NCBI GenBank assembly: GCA_947449765.1
Contig: CANFSP010000009.1
Span: 1,266 to 65,265 of the forward strand
Direction: 5' to 3'
DNA from: Actinomycetota bacterium
Lineage (GTDB): Bacteria; Actinomycetota; Actinomycetes; Actinomycetales; Microbacteriaceae
DNA length: 64,000 nucleotides
Under the pieces are notes generated by a model. It made no database searches, was not told the DNA's origin, and worked only from the letters and a program-made list of their open reading frames with translations. A program made the position numbers and the translations under genes. Positions 1 to 11,309 of the stretch are shown here, piece by piece. Every line of letters begins with the position of its first letter. Position 1 is the first letter of the stretch.

Positions 1-396
1 CACACGAAGGCCGACTTTGCCATCGTCGATGAGCAGCGGATCACCCGGCTTCACGTCACCGGGAAGGCCCTTGTAGGTTGTCGACGACAGCTCCTTGGTG
101 CCGACAATATCCTCAATCGTGATGGTGAACGTGTCACCCTCCGCCAGTTCATAGGGGCCGCCCTCGAATTTTCCGAGTCGAATCTTGGGACCTTGAAGGT
201 CGACCAAGACGGCAACGGCACGACCGGCATCCTGGGCTGCTTGCCTCACATTTCGGTAGATTTCCTCGTGCACGTCGTATGTACCGTGGCTGAGGTTCAT
301 TCGGCAGACATCAACACCCGCCTCGATAATTTTGCGAATGTTTTCATAGGATGATGTAGCCGGACCAAGGGTCGCGACAATTTTTGCTCGTCTCAT
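1..396 (-). CDS. pyk: pyruvate kinase, N-terminal ~132 codons (gene continues beyond the left edge of the window)
   Basis: Reverse complement of 361-396 reads ATG AGA CGA GCA AAA ATT GVC-type start MRRAKIVATLGP. It continues ATSSYENIRKIIEAGVDVCRMNLSHGTYDVHEE, the canonical Pyk N-terminus. The frame is open to position 1. It is absent from the ORF track because it is truncated. Confidence 0.85.
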   Translation of the reverse strand, partial: MRRAKIVATLGPATSSYENIRKIIEAGVDVCRMNLSHGTYDVHEEIYRNVRQAAQDAGRAVAVLVDLQGPKIRLGKFEGGPYELAEGDTFTITIEDIVGTKELSSTTYKGLPGDVKPGDPLLIDDGKVGLRV

Positions 397-446
397 GGGT
401 GCCTCGTTTGTTATTCTTTCTGCTTCGTCTCGGGATGAGAAAGTAT

Positions 447-1904
447 CTATAGGCTAATCGGTTTGTCGGTTGCCAGTACGGGAGAAGGTAAGAGCGTCGT
501 TCCCTCAAGATATGTATCGACGGCCGCGGCCACCGCTCTGCCTTCAGCAATAGCCCAGACTATGAGCGACGCGCCCCGTCCTGCGTCACCAGCAACGAAC
601 ACGCCCGGCATGTTGGTGGAATAGCGACTGTCACGTTGCAGTGTTCCGTCGTCACGAAAAGCGAGTTCGCTCTGCTCGGATATCGTCTCGCTGTCGTTAC
701 CGGTAAAACCGAGCGCGAGGAAAACAAAGTCAGCAGGGATTTCGCGTTCTGTCCCGGCCTTGGGAATCCGCTTACCGTCGACAAAGTCAGTTTCTGCAAC
801 GCGAAGTGCGCGGAGTTTTCCGTTATCGTCACCGAGGTACTCCACGGTTGAGATGGTGTAGACGCGCTCACCACCCTCTTCGTGAGCGGACGCAACTTCA
901 AACAGGTTCGGCACCGTCGGCCACGGCATATTTTCTGTGCGCTCGTGAGCTGGCTGCCGTCCAATCGCCAAAGTTGTCACACTGGCCGCGCCTTGCCGAT
1001 GAGCCGTCCCTAGGCAGTCGGCTCCCGTGTCGCCACCGCCAAGAATAATGACGTGCTTGCCACTGACATCGATGGCGTCTGGCACGCTGTCCCCAGCAAC
1101 TCGCCGGTTAGCCGGCACGAGGTAATCCATTGCGAAGTGGATGCCGTCGAGGTGTCTTCCCGGAAGTGCGAGATCCCGTGGTGCAAGTGCTCCCGTTGCA
1201 ACCACCACAGCGTCGTAACGCTCGTAAATGTCGGACCATGTGATGTCGACGCCTATATTCACACCGGGTCTAAAACGCGTGCCCTCAGCCTCCATTTGGA
1301 GGAGCCGACGGTCGATGTGATGCTTCTCCATCTTGAAGTCGGGAATTCCATAGCGGAGGAGCCCACCAATACGATCGTCACGCTCGTAGACCGCAACGGT
1401 GTGACCAGCTCGCGTAAGCTGCTGAGCTGCCGCTAAACCAGCAGGACCCGAGCCAACGACGGCGACCGTCTTTCCGGTGAGGCGACTCGGCTCGACCGGC
1501 TTTACCCATCCCTCATCGAAAGCATGGTCGATAATTGACACCTCGACCTGCTTGATCGTGACGGCAGGCTGATTGATGTTGAGCACGCATGCTGACTCGC
1601 AGGGAGCGGGGCACAGACGACCGGTAAACTCCGGAAAATTGTTTGTCGCGTGCAACCGTTGACTCGCCTCGGCAAAGTTGTCACGCCAGACGAGGTCATT
1701 CCACTCCGGGATGAGGTTGCCCAGTGGGCAACCGTGGTGACAAAACGGCACACCACAATCCATGCATCGACCTGCCTGTCGATGGAGGACCTCGGCGTCA
1801 CCGGGTTCGTAAACTTCTTTCCAGTCACGCAGGCGAATGGGAACGGGGCGACGTGCCGGGAGTTCGCGTTCGGGAACGGTGATAAAGCCTGTGGGATCAG
1901 CCAC
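447..1904 (-). CDS. gltD: glutamate synthase (NADPH) small subunit
   Basis: 485 aa. Cys-rich Fe-S region [17 protein letters not shown] and a dinucleotide fold [17 protein letters not shown] start overlaps the gltB stop (GTGGCTGA, 8 nt). Confidence 0.95.
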   Translation of the reverse strand: MADPTGFITVPERELPARRPVPIRLRDWKEVYEPGDAEVLHRQAGRCMDCGVPFCHHGCPLGNLIPEWNDLVWRDNFAEASQRLHATNNFPEFTGRLCPAPCESACVLNINQPAVTIKQVEVSIIDHAFDEGWVKPVEPSRLTGKTVAVVGSGPAGLAAAQQLTRAGHTVAVYERDDRIGGLLRYGIPDFKMEKHHIDRRLLQMEAEGTRFRPGVNIGVDITWSDIYERYDAVVVATGALAPRDLALPGRHLDGIHFAMDYLVPANRRVAGDSVPDAIDVSGKHVIILGGGDTGADCLGTAHRQGAASVTTLAIGRQPAHERTENMPWPTVPNLFEVASAHEEGGERVYTISTVEYLGDDNGKLRALRVAETDFVDGKRIPKAGTEREIPADFVFLALGFTGNDSETISEQSELAFRDDGTLQRDSRYSTNMPGVFVAGDAGRGASLIVWAIAEGRAVAAAVDTYLEGTTLLPSPVLATDKPISL

Positions 1905-4900
1905 CGGTTACCTCCAAGATTTTGCGCCATGTTTGTTCGCCATCGGGATCGACTCCGTCGTCGATGGCTGCTTGTCGAGTCGCCAGTACGGCGGCATAGT
2001 CTCGCGGGAGAACCTTAACGAAGTCACGGACAGTGGACTCGAAATTACTCAGCATGGATGCCGCGAGTTGCGAATCGGTCAGTCTCGCGTGAGATTCCAA
2101 AACGTCTTTCAAAATTTCACTGTCTGCCGAACCAAGAGCCTGTAGCTGAAGTTCACCCGACGACAACGAGTCCGGATTGACTTGAGACGCATCCAATTTG
2201 TAAATGTACGCTGTTCCACCGCTCATGCCCGCACCGAGGTTGCGACCGGTCTCGCCGAGAATCACGGCCAACCCTCCAGTCATGTACTCCAGAGCATGGT
2301 CACCACAGCCTTCGACCACTGCCGTCGCACCCGAGTTGCGCACGAGGAATCTCTCGCCCACGCGACCACTGATGAACAAGCTTCCGCTCGTCGCGCCATA
2401 TCCAACGACGTTACCGGCGATGACATTCTCTTCGGCGGCAAAGACGCTCTCGCCGTGGGGCTTGACGATGACGCGCCCTCCCGACAGACCCTTTCCAACG
2501 TAGTCATTTGAGTCGCCGATGAGAGTGAGAGTAATTCCCGACGGAACAAAGGCACCTAGGGACTGGCCAGCCGACCCACGAAGAGTGATCGCGATTGTGT
2601 CGTTGGGTAGACCGTGCTCGCCGTATCGCTTCGTCAGCTCATGGCCAAGCATGGTTCCGACGGCGCGCTCCGTGTTTCGAATAGGTAGGTCGATGGCCAC
2701 GGAAGACGCGTGTTCAAGTGCCGGACGAGCCATGGCAATCAACTGCTGATCAAAGTGTTCCGAAATCTCATGGTTCTGAGCGCGCAACTGCCTCCGGGGC
2801 TTCGTGCCAGAGGAATCGACCATGTGCAGAATAGGCTCGATGTCGAGACCGCCTGCCTTCCAGTGTGCGACCGCACGAGAGACATCAAGCAGATCGGCTC
2901 GACCAATTGCTTCGTCCAGAGTCCGGAAGCCAAGCTCGGCGAGGTACTCCCGGACCTGCTCGGCAATGAACTCGAAAAAGTTGACCACAAACTCTGGTTT
3001 GCCGCTGAATCGCTCACGCAACAGTGGGTTTTGGGTCGCGACGCCCACCGGACAGGTATCGAGGTGACAGACACGCATCATGACACATCCGGAAACCACG
3101 AGAGGTGCGGTCGCGAAACCGAATTCCTCGGCACCCAGCAGAGCACCGATAATGACGTCTCGACCTGTTTTCAACTGTCCGTCTACCTGAACAGACACTC
3201 GGTCACGCATGTCGTTGAGCATGAGTGTCTGCTGAGCTTCAGCAAGGCCGAGTTCCCACGGCGTTCCCGCGTGTTTCAGGGAATTGAGCGGCGAGGCACC
3301 GGTGCCGCCGTCATGACCTGAAATAAGGATGACATCGGCCAACGCCTTTGCTACTCCCGCAGAAACCGCACCAATGCCGGATTGCGAAACCAGCTTGACG
3401 TGCACTCGAGCTGCCGGGTTTGATCTCTTGAGATCAAAGATCAGCTGCTTGAGGTCTTCGATGGAGTAAATATCGTGATGCGGTGGTGGCGAAATCAAAC
3501 CAACGCCGGCGGTGGCGTGACGCGTTCGCGCAATCCATGGGTACACCTTGGTGTTGGGTAACTGACCACCCTCGCCGGGTTTAGCGCCCTGCGCCATCTT
3601 GATTTGAATGTCGTCGGCATGAGTCAGGTACATACTCGTGACACCAAAACGACCGGACGCCACCTGCTTGATGGCACTGCGGCGCTGCGGGTCGAGGAGT
3701 CGAGCGACGTCTTCGCCACCCTCACCGGTATTGGACTTAGCCCCAATCTGGTTCATGGCAATCGCCAGCGTTTCGTGAGCTTCCGGAGAAATCGATCCAT
3801 AGCTCATCGCACCCGTCGAGAAGCGTTTGACGAGTGAGGCGACCGACTCTACCTCCGAAAGAGGAACCGGATGCGCCGACTTTTTGAGGCTAAAGAGCCC
3901 CCGCAGGGTCATCAATTGCTCTGACTGGTTGTCGACGAGTTCGGTGTATTCCCGGAATAGGTCGTAACGTCGCGTTCGCGTGGAGTGCTGAAGTTTAAAG
4001 ACCGTTTCGGGGTTGAACAGGTGCGGAGCGCCACCGCGACGCCACTGGAACTCGCCTCCGCTTGTCAACCTTTCGTGGACAAGCTCGGCACCGGCCCCGC
4101 CGGGGTAAGCCTGGTGGTGACGGGCAGTGTTTTCAGCGGCGATGATCTCGAGACCGACACCACCGAGTTTGCTCTGGGTACCGGTGAAATACTCGTCGAT
4201 GAATTCCTGATTGAGACCGACCGCCTCGAAAGTCTGCGCACCGGAGTATGAGGAAACAGTGGAAATCCCCATCTTCGACATGATCTTGAGCACGCCTTTA
4301 CCGAGTGCCTTGATCAGGTTATAAACCGCCTTTTCAGCAGTTACTCCCTCAATAAATCCAGTTCTGACCAGTTGTTCGACCGACTCCATGGCGAGATACG
4401 GGTTTACCGCAGCCGCACCAAATCCCAGCAAGACCGCGACGTGATGTACTTCCCGCACGTCTCCGGCTTCAGCCACGAGGCCGACTCGCATTCTCGTTTC
4501 GCGGCGAATCAGGTGGTGGTGAACCGTTGACACGGTAAGAAGCGAAGGGATCGGGGCAAGCTCATGCGTCGAGTCGCGATCAGAGAGAACGATGAACTCG
4601 GCTCCATCGCGAATGGCCTGATCCACTTCTTCACAAATATCGAGGAGGCGATCATGCATCGACTCTGCGCCGGCATCAACGCGGTACAGGGCCGTGATCG
4701 TCACAGTGGATGGAATGCCATCATCAGAATGAAGATGCTGAATCTTTGACAGCTCATCATTGGTGATGACCGGGAACTCAACAACGACGTGTCGCGCATG
4801 TTCCGGCGTCGCATCGAGAAGATTCAGTTCCGGACCAAGCCCACGCCGCATGCTCGTGACTACTTCTTCGCGAATGGAGTCGAGCGGTGGGTTTGTCACC

Positions 4901-6501
4901 TGTGCGAACTGTTGGGCAAAGTAGTCAAACAACACACGGGGACGCTCACTAAGGACTGCAATCGGCGTATCCGATCCCATTGCGCCAAGCGGTTCAGTGC
5001 CACTTTTTGCCATCGGCGCAAGCATGATTCGCAGGTCTTCTTCGGTGTAGCCAAAGGTCTTCTGACGGCGAGCAATCGACGCTGCCGTGTGAATGATGTG
5101 TTCACGCTCCGGCAAGTCGGCAAGTTCAATGCGTGAGGAATCAATCCATTCTTGCCAGGGGTTCGCGGCGGCCAGGGAATCTTTTATTTCGGCATCATCA
5201 ATGACGCGACCCGCAACCGTGTCGACGAGAAGCATCTTGCCGGGCTGAAGGCGTCCTTTAGCCACAATCCGGTTGGGTGGTACGTCGTGCACACCAATTT
5301 CTGAAGCGACAACGATGAGACCGTCGTCAGTAATTTGATAGCGTCCCGGTCGCAAACCATTCCGGTCGAGCGTCGCCCCGACGAGTGATCCGTCGGTGAA
5401 GGCAACGGCTGCCGGACCATCCCACGGTTCCATGAGGGATGAGTGGTACTCGTAAAAAGCCCGTCGCGCGGGATCCATGGTTTCTTGGTTTTCCCAGGCC
5501 TCGGGAATCATCATCATGATGGCATGAGGAAGCGACCTGCCACCAAGAGTGAGGAGCTCAACCACCTCGTCAAAACTGGCTGAATCACTCGCGCCTGGAG
5601 TGCACACCGGGAGGAGCTGCTCCATGTTGCCGAGCAAGTCGCTCGACAGTTGGGACTGGCGTGCGCGCATCCAGTTGCGGTTTCCTTGTACGGTGTTGAT
5701 CTCGCCGTTGTGGGCAATAAATCTGAATGGGTGCGCAAGCGGCCATGAGGGGAACGTGTTTGTGGAATAGCGCGAGTGAACGAGTGCCAGAGTCGACGCA
5801 AACAGCTCGTTTTGCAAATCGGGATAGAACGGCTCGAGCTGGAGCGTTGTCAACATGCCCTTGTAAACCAGAGTCCGCGAGGAGAGCGACGGGAAATAGA
5901 CGTTGCACTCGCGCTCAACCTGTTTGCGAAGTCGATACACCAACCGATCGAGTTCGATTCCCGACAAACCACCCACGGCACTCGTGAGGAAAAGTTGTTC
6001 AATCGTGGGCATCGCCTCGCGAGCCAATTGACCAAGATGTTCGGATTCAACCGGAACGGCACGCCATCCGAGAACGGAAAGACCCTCAACAGCGGCAACC
6101 TCAGCTATGCGCTGGATAACGGACGCACGCTCATCGTCATCGCGCGGGAGAAAAGCGTTTCCTACTGCATACTCACCCACGGGCGGTAAGTCGAATCCCG
6201 CGACCGCACGCAAAAAAGCATCGGGAATCTGAGTCAAGATTCCAGCGCCGTCACCGGTTCCAGCGTCTGAACCGACCGCGCCACGGTGCTCAAGATTTCG
6301 AAGCGCACCCAATGCGACATCGATGATGTCATGTCCTGCGGACTGGCGAAGAGTGGCAACCATGGCAAAACCACACGAGTCTTTTTCAGAGTCGATGTCA
6401 TACAGGCCCTGATTTGCGGGCAAAGCAGAAAAACGCTGATGCGGTAGAGCTACCGTCACGCACGACTCCTCTCCGGAAAAATCTCTCACGCTAACACTCA
6501 T
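1897..6501 (-). CDS. gltB: glutamate synthase large subunit
   Basis: 1534 aa. Ntn-amidotransferase Cys in [11 protein letters not shown], followed by FMN/synthase and C-terminal GXGXG-type domains. The start is uncertain: an in-frame GTG at 6459 is preceded by GGAGAGGAG with 6-nt spacing. Confidence 0.93.
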   Translation of the reverse strand: MSVSVRDFSGEESCVTVALPHQRFSALPANQGLYDIDSEKDSCGFAMVATLRQSAGHDIIDVALGALRNLEHRGAVGSDAGTGDGAGILTQIPDAFLRAVAGFDLPPVGEYAVGNAFLPRDDDERASVIQRIAEVAAVEGLSVLGWRAVPVESEHLGQLAREAMPTIEQLFLTSAVGGLSGIELDRLVYRLRKQVERECNVYFPSLSSRTLVYKGMLTTLQLEPFYPDLQNELFASTLALVHSRYSTNTFPSWPLAHPFRFIAHNGEINTVQGNRNWMRARQSQLSSDLLGNMEQLLPVCTPGASDSASFDEVVELLTLGGRSLPHAIMMMIPEAWENQETMDPARRAFYEYHSSLMEPWDGPAAVAFTDGSLVGATLDRNGLRPGRYQITDDGLIVVASEIGVHDVPPNRIVAKGRLQPGKMLLVDTVAGRVIDDAEIKDSLAAANPWQEWIDSSRIELADLPEREHIIHTAASIARRQKTFGYTEEDLRIMLAPMAKSGTEPLGAMGSDTPIAVLSERPRVLFDYFAQQFAQVTNPPLDSIREEVVTSMRRGLGPELNLLDATPEHARHVVVEFPVITNDELSKIQHLHSDDGIPSTVTITALYRVDAGAESMHDRLLDICEEVDQAIRDGAEFIVLSDRDSTHELAPIPSLLTVSTVHHHLIRRETRMRVGLVAEAGDVREVHHVAVLLGFGAAAVNPYLAMESVEQLVRTGFIEGVTAEKAVYNLIKALGKGVLKIMSKMGISTVSSYSGAQTFEAVGLNQEFIDEYFTGTQSKLGGVGLEIIAAENTARHHQAYPGGAGAELVHERLTSGGEFQWRRGGAPHLFNPETVFKLQHSTRTRRYDLFREYTELVDNQSEQLMTLRGLFSLKKSAHPVPLSEVESVASLVKRFSTGAMSYGSISPEAHETLAIAMNQIGAKSNTGEGGEDVARLLDPQRRSAIKQVASGRFGVTSMYLTHADDIQIKMAQGAKPGEGGQLPNTKVYPWIARTRHATAGVGLISPPPHHDIYSIEDLKQLIFDLKRSNPAARVHVKLVSQSGIGAVSAGVAKALADVILISGHDGGTGASPLNSLKHAGTPWELGLAEAQQTLMLNDMRDRVSVQVDGQLKTGRDVIIGALLGAEEFGFATAPLVVSGCVMMRVCHLDTCPVGVATQNPLLRERFSGKPEFVVNFFEFIAEQVREYLAELGFRTLDEAIGRADLLDVSRAVAHWKAGGLDIEPILHMVDSSGTKPRRQLRAQNHEISEHFDQQLIAMARPALEHASSVAIDLPIRNTERAVGTMLGHELTKRYGEHGLPNDTIAITLRGSAGQSLGAFVPSGITLTLIGDSNDYVGKGLSGGRVIVKPHGESVFAAEENVIAGNVVGYGATSGSLFISGRVGERFLVRNSGATAVVEGCGDHALEYMTGGLAVILGETGRNLGAGMSGGTAYIYKLDASQVNPDSLSSGELQLQALGSADSEILKDVLESHARLTDSQLAASMLSNFESTVRDFVKVLPRDYAAVLATRQAAIDDGVDPDGEQTWRKILEVTGG

Positions 6502-6527
6502 GTAACAACAGGGAACATCACTCGCCT

Positions 6528-6549
6528 GCGACGCCTAGTCGGGCGTCGC
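6528..6549 (-). terminator. GC-rich hairpin downstream of lgt (possible I-shaped terminator, no U-tract)
   Basis: GCGACGC (6528-6534) / GCGTCGC (6543-6549), 7-bp stem with 8-nt loop, lying between the lgt stop and the gltB start. Confidence 0.3.
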
Positions 6550-6569
6550 TACTTTGCGCCGAGTAGTTT

Positions 6570-7541
6570 TTACGCGGATGGACTTGTGGTCTGAGAACTC
6601 GACGATTTTTTTGGCGAGGCGACCTTGCCCACGTGGTAACGGGCCGGTTCGCCCTGAGAAGAGTCTACTAGAGACTTTTGCGGTTCACGCCCGGGGAGGT
6701 AGACGCTGAGCTCGAGACCAGTGTGACGACGCTTCGACCACACAAGCAGGACCACACCGAGAACCGCAACGGCAATAGCAGCCCACGAATTAGTGCGAAC
6801 CCCGAGCCAGGTCTCACTCGGATCGAGACGAATGGCCTCCAACCACGCCCGACCAAATCCGTACCAGATGAGGTAAACGGCTAGGGCGCGACCCCACCGC
6901 AGATTGGTCTTCTTTTCTAAGAAGAGGATGAGGAACACCCCAGCGAGGTTCCAGATGATTTCGTACAGGAACATCGGCTGAAAAAGTGTCCCCGCCGGCA
7001 GCCCCGCCGGAAACGCCGGGTTGCTGGTTTCTATTTCAAGCCCCCACGGAAGCGTCGTGGGTAGACCAAACAGTTCGTGGTTGAAGTAGTTGCCTAGTCG
7101 TCCGGTCGCCTGTGCCACCAAAAGACCGGGAACCATTGCATCGGCAAAACTTAAAAAGCGCGTGCCGAGAATTCGTCCGGCAATAAATACGCCCAGGGCG
7201 CCACCAAGCAGGGCGCCAAAAATGGCATTGCCACCCTCCCAAATGAAAAGAATGCGCCACGGGTTAGCGCCCGGGAAGAAGTAATCGGTGGGATGCGTGA
7301 AGACGTGATAGAAGCGAGCAACAATGATGCCCAGAGGCACCGCCCACAGCGCATAATCAAGGGTTGCACCCCGAGGACCGCCGCGCTTGGTGAATCGAAC
7401 GCTCGCTATCCAGACTGCGAGAATGATGCCCACAATGATGCACACGGCATACGTGTGAATCGTGAGAGGACCGATCGCGAAGGTCTGCCACGAAATCGGC
7501 GGACTGGGGATGCTAGTGAGTGGGGTTACAGCGGAAATCAC
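6570..7541 (-). CDS. lgt: prolipoprotein diacylglyceryl transferase
   Basis: 323 aa polytopic membrane protein with the Lgt-like motif GRLGNYFNHELFG. It sits immediately after trpA, as in other actinobacteria. The C-terminal tail is Ser/Pro-rich. Confidence 0.88.
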   Translation of the reverse strand: MISAVTPLTSIPSPPISWQTFAIGPLTIHTYAVCIIVGIILAVWIASVRFTKRGGPRGATLDYALWAVPLGIIVARFYHVFTHPTDYFFPGANPWRILFIWEGGNAIFGALLGGALGVFIAGRILGTRFLSFADAMVPGLLVAQATGRLGNYFNHELFGLPTTLPWGLEIETSNPAFPAGLPAGTLFQPMFLYEIIWNLAGVFLILFLEKKTNLRWGRALAVYLIWYGFGRAWLEAIRLDPSETWLGVRTNSWAAIAVAVLGVVLLVWSKRRHTGLELSVYLPGREPQKSLVDSSQGEPARYHVGKVASPKKSSSSQTTSPSA

Positions 7542-7586
7542 GAAAGTCCTTAGGTCAGCGCGGAACTCAACGAAACAGTTGAGAGT

Positions 7587-8408
7587 CTAGGCGTGAATTG
7601 GTTTGCCGGATGCCAGTTCCAGGGCTTTATCGGTTACCGCGGAAATTCCACCTGTCTCCAACGCCGACACCAGTGCGGAGCCAACAATCGCCCCGTCCGC
7701 GTAACTGAGCACTTCGCGCACCTGATCTGCGGTGGAGATACCGAGGCCAACACCGATGTGGGCGGCCCCCCGATCGCGCAGGCGAGCGACGAGACTGTGC
7801 GCGGCCGAATCTACATCTGACCTAGTGCCGGTAATCCCCATCGTGGACACGGCATAAACAAAACCTCTACTGGCCTGAATGGATTGGTCGAGACGAGAAT
7901 CGGTACTCGATGGCGCCGCAAGAAAAACGTGATCGAGGTCCCGAGCAGTCGCCACATCAATCCAGTTGGATCCTTCATCGGGGATGAGGTCTGGCGTGAT
8001 GAGTCCTGCTCCCCCGCTAGCGACAAGGTCATCCGCAAATCGTTCCACCCCATACGCGAGAACGGGATTCCAATACGTCATGATGAGGGCAGGAATCGAG
8101 ATTTCTGCGGTTATTTCCTTCATCGCCGAAAAAGCATCAGCAATGCTAAATCCATTTGCCAATGCAACGGTGGTTGCCCGCTGAATCACGGCGCCGTCCA
8201 TCACCGGATCACTGTAGGGAAGCCCGAGCTCGAGAACGTCAACACCGTTCTTTGCAAGCGCAACGGCCGCTTCGACGCTCGCGTCGAGCGAGGGAAAGCC
8301 GAACGGTAAGTACCCAACAAGCGCACCGCCGTGAACCCGGACGGCTTGGTCAAGAGCACTTTCTACCGGAGATGCCTGAGCACTGTCATCTCGTGATGTC
8401 ATAGTCAC
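7587..8408 (-). CDS. trpA: tryptophan synthase alpha chain
   Basis: 273 aa with YLPFGFPS and ELGLPYSDPVMDG motifs. It abuts the trpB stop. Confidence 0.95.
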   Translation of the reverse strand: MTMTSRDDSAQASPVESALDQAVRVHGGALVGYLPFGFPSLDASVEAAVALAKNGVDVLELGLPYSDPVMDGAVIQRATTVALANGFSIADAFSAMKEITAEISIPALIMTYWNPVLAYGVERFADDLVASGGAGLITPDLIPDEGSNWIDVATARDLDHVFLAAPSSTDSRLDQSIQASRGFVYAVSTMGITGTRSDVDSAAHSLVARLRDRGAAHIGVGLGISTADQVREVLSYADGAIVGSALVSALETGGISAVTDKALELASGKPIHA

Positions 8409-9617
8409 CTACTCGTTTCCCGGAGCGTCAATGAGGCCGAAATACTTACCCGCCGTTTCCATGTCTTTGTCGCCGCGACCGGACAGATTCACGAGGATGA
8501 TGGACTCGGGCCCACGCTCGCGTCCAAGTTCGAGGACTCCGGCGAGTGCGTGAGCAGTTTCGATGGCGGGAATGATGCCCTCGGTTCGCGAGAGGAGCCG
8601 GAGAGCATCCATTGCCGCTTCGTCAGTAATCGGACGATATTGCGCACGTCCGAGATCTTTCAGCCAACTGTGCTCCGGACCTACACCCGGATAATCGAGT
8701 CCGGCCGAAATCGAGTGAGATTCCATGGTCTGCCCGTCGGCATCCTGAAGCATGTACGAACGAGCGCCGTGCAACACGCCTGGTCGCCCGCGGGTGAGCG
8801 TCGCCGCGTGTTCCGGGGTATCGACGCCGCGCCCCGCCGCCTCGAACCCGATGAGGTCAACGCTGGTGTCATCGAGAAAAGCGTGGAAGATTCCTATGGC
8901 GTTGGAGCCGCCGCCAACGCACGCAGCAACGGCATCAGGAAGTCGACCAACCGTCTCGAGCATCTGGGCCCGAGCTTCCTCGCCGATAATCTTGTGAAAA
9001 TCGCGAACCATCTCCGGGAAAGGATGTGGCCCGGCCACCGTCCCCAACAGGTAATGCGTGTGATCTACGTTGGTTACCCAGTCCCGGAGAGCCTCATTGA
9101 TGGCGTCCTTGAGTGTGCGCGAACCGTGCGTCACCGGAACGACTTCGGCACCCAGCAATCGCATGCGTGCAACGTTCAGTGCTTGACGTTGGGTGTCAAC
9201 CTCACCCATGTACACCACGCACTCCATGCCGAAAAGTGCGGCTGCCGTCGCGGTCGCGACTCCGTGTTGCCCGGCACCGGTCTCGGCAATCAGGCGATTC
9301 TTACCCAGTCGACGAGCGAGGAGCGCTTGCCCCAGAACGTTGTTGATCTTGTGGCTACCGGTGTGATTGAGGTCTTCTCGTTTGAGGAACACCCGGGCTC
9401 CCCCAGCATGCGCTCCGAAACGAGGAACCTCAGTGATAATGGATGGCCGACCAGTGTAGGTCGCATGCAAGTGAGCCAGCTCCGCGGTAAAGGTCGGGTC
9501 ATTCTTGGCGAGCGCGTAGGCCGAGGCAAGTTCATCGAGCGCAGCAATCAAGGACTCGGGGACGAAGCGTCCGCCGAACTCACCAAAGTAGGGACCAGTT
9601 TGTTCACGAAGAAGCAT
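8409..9617 (-). CDS. trpB: tryptophan synthase beta chain
   Basis: 402 aa with the PLP-lysine motif HTGSHKINN and GGGSNAIG. Confidence 0.97.
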   Translation of the reverse strand: MLLREQTGPYFGEFGGRFVPESLIAALDELASAYALAKNDPTFTAELAHLHATYTGRPSIITEVPRFGAHAGGARVFLKREDLNHTGSHKINNVLGQALLARRLGKNRLIAETGAGQHGVATATAAALFGMECVVYMGEVDTQRQALNVARMRLLGAEVVPVTHGSRTLKDAINEALRDWVTNVDHTHYLLGTVAGPHPFPEMVRDFHKIIGEEARAQMLETVGRLPDAVAACVGGGSNAIGIFHAFLDDTSVDLIGFEAAGRGVDTPEHAATLTRGRPGVLHGARSYMLQDADGQTMESHSISAGLDYPGVGPEHSWLKDLGRAQYRPITDEAAMDALRLLSRTEGIIPAIETAHALAGVLELGRERGPESIILVNLSGRGDKDMETAGKYFGLIDAPGNE

Positions 9618-10390
9618 CAGACCTCCAGGAATGACGTGAGGGTTACCATTGGATCGCTCGTGACCAATGCTTCACCGACCAAGACTGCATCGGCGCCAGA
9701 TTTGCGATAGTGTCGCACGTCGTCGGTCGAGCGAACAGCGGACTCTGCAATCCGCACTGTTCCTGCTGGGATGCGGTCGGCAACGCGACCAAAAAGATCT
9801 CGGTCGAGTTCGAAGGTGTCCAAATCCCGCGCATTGACACCGATCAGCGACGAACCGAGATCAACGGCTCGGTCGACCTCTTCTGCGGTGTGCGCTTCTA
9901 CGAGAGCGTGCATTCCCAACTGTGTGACGAGCCCAAAAAGTGATGTGAGTTCAGAGTCGGTCAACGCCGCCACGATCAACAGGCAGACGTCGGCACCATA
10001 GGCTCGAGCTTCAAAAACCTGGTACGGAGTGGAGATGAAATCCTTGCGCAAAATGGGAATGGTCACGTGTGCGCGCACCGCGGCAAGGTCGTGGAGCGAC
10101 CCTTTAAATTTTCGTTCCTCGGTCAGAACGCTAATAACACTGGCTCCCGCACTCTGGTACACCTGAGCGAGAGCGGCAGGATCTGAAATTTCGGCCATGT
10201 CTCCGCGAGAGGGAGACGCACGTTTGACCTCCGCAATAACCTTGACGTGCGGAGCCGGCGCGAGCGCCACAAGTGCATCGCGTGCGGGTTCGGCCTGGAG
10301 AGCGAGTTTCTCAACCTGAACGAGGGGAACTTCGTCTTCCCGACGCTCTGCGTCTTCTCGGGCCCCCGCTGTGAGATCAGCGAGAAGCAC
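9617..10390 (-). CDS. trpC: indole-3-glycerol phosphate synthase
   Basis: 257 aa with the [12 protein letters not shown] motif. Its stop overlaps the trpB start by 1 nt. Confidence 0.95.
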   Translation of the reverse strand: MLLADLTAGAREDAERREDEVPLVQVEKLALQAEPARDALVALAPAPHVKVIAEVKRASPSRGDMAEISDPAALAQVYQSAGASVISVLTEERKFKGSLHDLAAVRAHVTIPILRKDFISTPYQVFEARAYGADVCLLIVAALTDSELTSLFGLVTQLGMHALVEAHTAEEVDRAVDLGSSLIGVNARDLDTFELDRDLFGRVADRIPAGTVRIAESAVRSTDDVRHYRKSGADAVLVGEALVTSDPMVTLTSFLEV

Positions 10391-10391
10391 G

Positions 10392-10625
10392 TTAGTTGTG
10401 AGCCTTGGGCGTGTATTTAGGACCGTTTACGCCGTAGCCGGCTCGAGCCATGATTGCGCCAACAACGGGTCCAATTGCCAGAACGACAATCGAGACAATT
10501 ACCGCAACGGGCATGTCAAAAACGAAAAACACGGTTCCCGCCGCGAAAGCTACGAGCATGATGATGACTGCCGTCCACGCTGCTGGCGAGTGTCCTTCAC
10601 CGGGATCGTTGGGACCGTAGTTCAT
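10392..10625 (-). CDS. small membrane protein of the HGxxPAAW family
   Basis: 77 aa with N-terminal GEGHSPAAW followed by two hydrophobic helices. It ends 2 nt upstream of the trpC start. Confidence 0.7.
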   Translation of the reverse strand: MNYGPNDPGEGHSPAAWTAVIIMLVAFAAGTVFFVFDMPVAVIVSIVVLAIGPVVGAIMARAGYGVNGPKYTPKAHN

Positions 10626-10658
10626 GATGCTCCTTACCGAGATTTCGTTGGTTCTATC

Positions 10659-11309
10659 CTATGTGGTCGGGTCGTCACCCTGTGTGATGGCGTCCCAGTC
10701 ATCAATTCTGGTTTCGCTGAAGTCGGCCTGCTTCGACGCGAGCGAGGAACTAGTGGTCGGCGCTGGAGTGGTGCCCCGTCGAGACGCCACGGTGTAGCGG
10801 TGCGACTGTCGTCGCCATCCGCTGGAAGCGACGACACCGACGATGGACACGACAAAAATACCTATCGGCGCGATGAGCGCGACCCAGATGCCCCACTCGT
10901 AGCGCGTTCCCACCACCAGGGCGGTAAGCGCGTCAGTTCCGGACAAACCAGAAAGCGTAGAAAGCTGCTTCGTCGCGTACGCGATCGGATGCAACACCAC
11001 GAGCAGTGTCACGAACGCACCTGACACCGAGGTAAGTGCAAGCACGATACAGAAAATGAGTCCGGTCCATCGCTGGGCCGACAGCAACACAAGTCCGCAC
11101 GCGAGAAGCACCAGAGCTAACGCCCCCGGAAGGAAAGACGCCGATTGTCCTGAGATCGTAACCTCACCGATATGAGATTCAGCTGGGTCAATCGTGAGCG
11201 TAAACCACGGTTGAGACCATGCCACAAAGAGGATGACGACTAATCCAAGAACGGAGGCTGCGAGAACGCGCTTACTCATCACTCGAACTCGAGATGTAGC
11301 ATGCGTCAT
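10659..11309 (-). CDS. Trp-operon-associated integral membrane protein (function unknown)
   Basis: 216 aa with 4-5 predicted TM helices. ATGA overlap with the trpE stop (11306-11309). It occupies the same position as the conserved membrane ORF between trpE and trpC in other actinobacteria. Confidence 0.7.
   Translation of the reverse strand: MTHATSRVRVMSKRVLAASVLGLVVILFVAWSQPWFTLTIDPAESHIGEVTISGQSASFLPGALALVLLACGLVLLSAQRWTGLIFCIVLALTSVSGAFVTLLVVLHPIAYATKQLSTLSGLSGTDALTALVVGTRYEWGIWVALIAPIGIFVVSIVGVVASSGWRRQSHRYTVASRRGTTPAPTTSSSLASKQADFSETRIDDWDAITQGDDPTT

Noticed and set aside
344-550. 68-aa minus-strand ORF spanning the pyk start and the gltD end.
   Set aside because: It is out of frame with both real genes, bridges an AT-rich 50-bp spacer, and has no motif support. 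The pyk frame (MRRAKIVATLGP...) explains the coding signal in 1-396.
8550-9710. Long plus-strand ORFs antisense to well-supported genes: 386 aa opposite trpB, 355 aa at 55149-56216 opposite yebC/ruvC, 296 aa at 14919-15809 opposite rpe/hisE, 302 aa at 32759-33667 opposite efp/nusB, 263 aa at 35358-36149 opposite aroC/aroK, and many shorter ones.
   Set aside because: These are shadow ORFs typical of high-GC genomes, where stop codons are rare on the antisense strand. Their translations are Arg/Ser/Pro-rich with no family motifs. Each lies fully inside a gene whose product is unmistakable.
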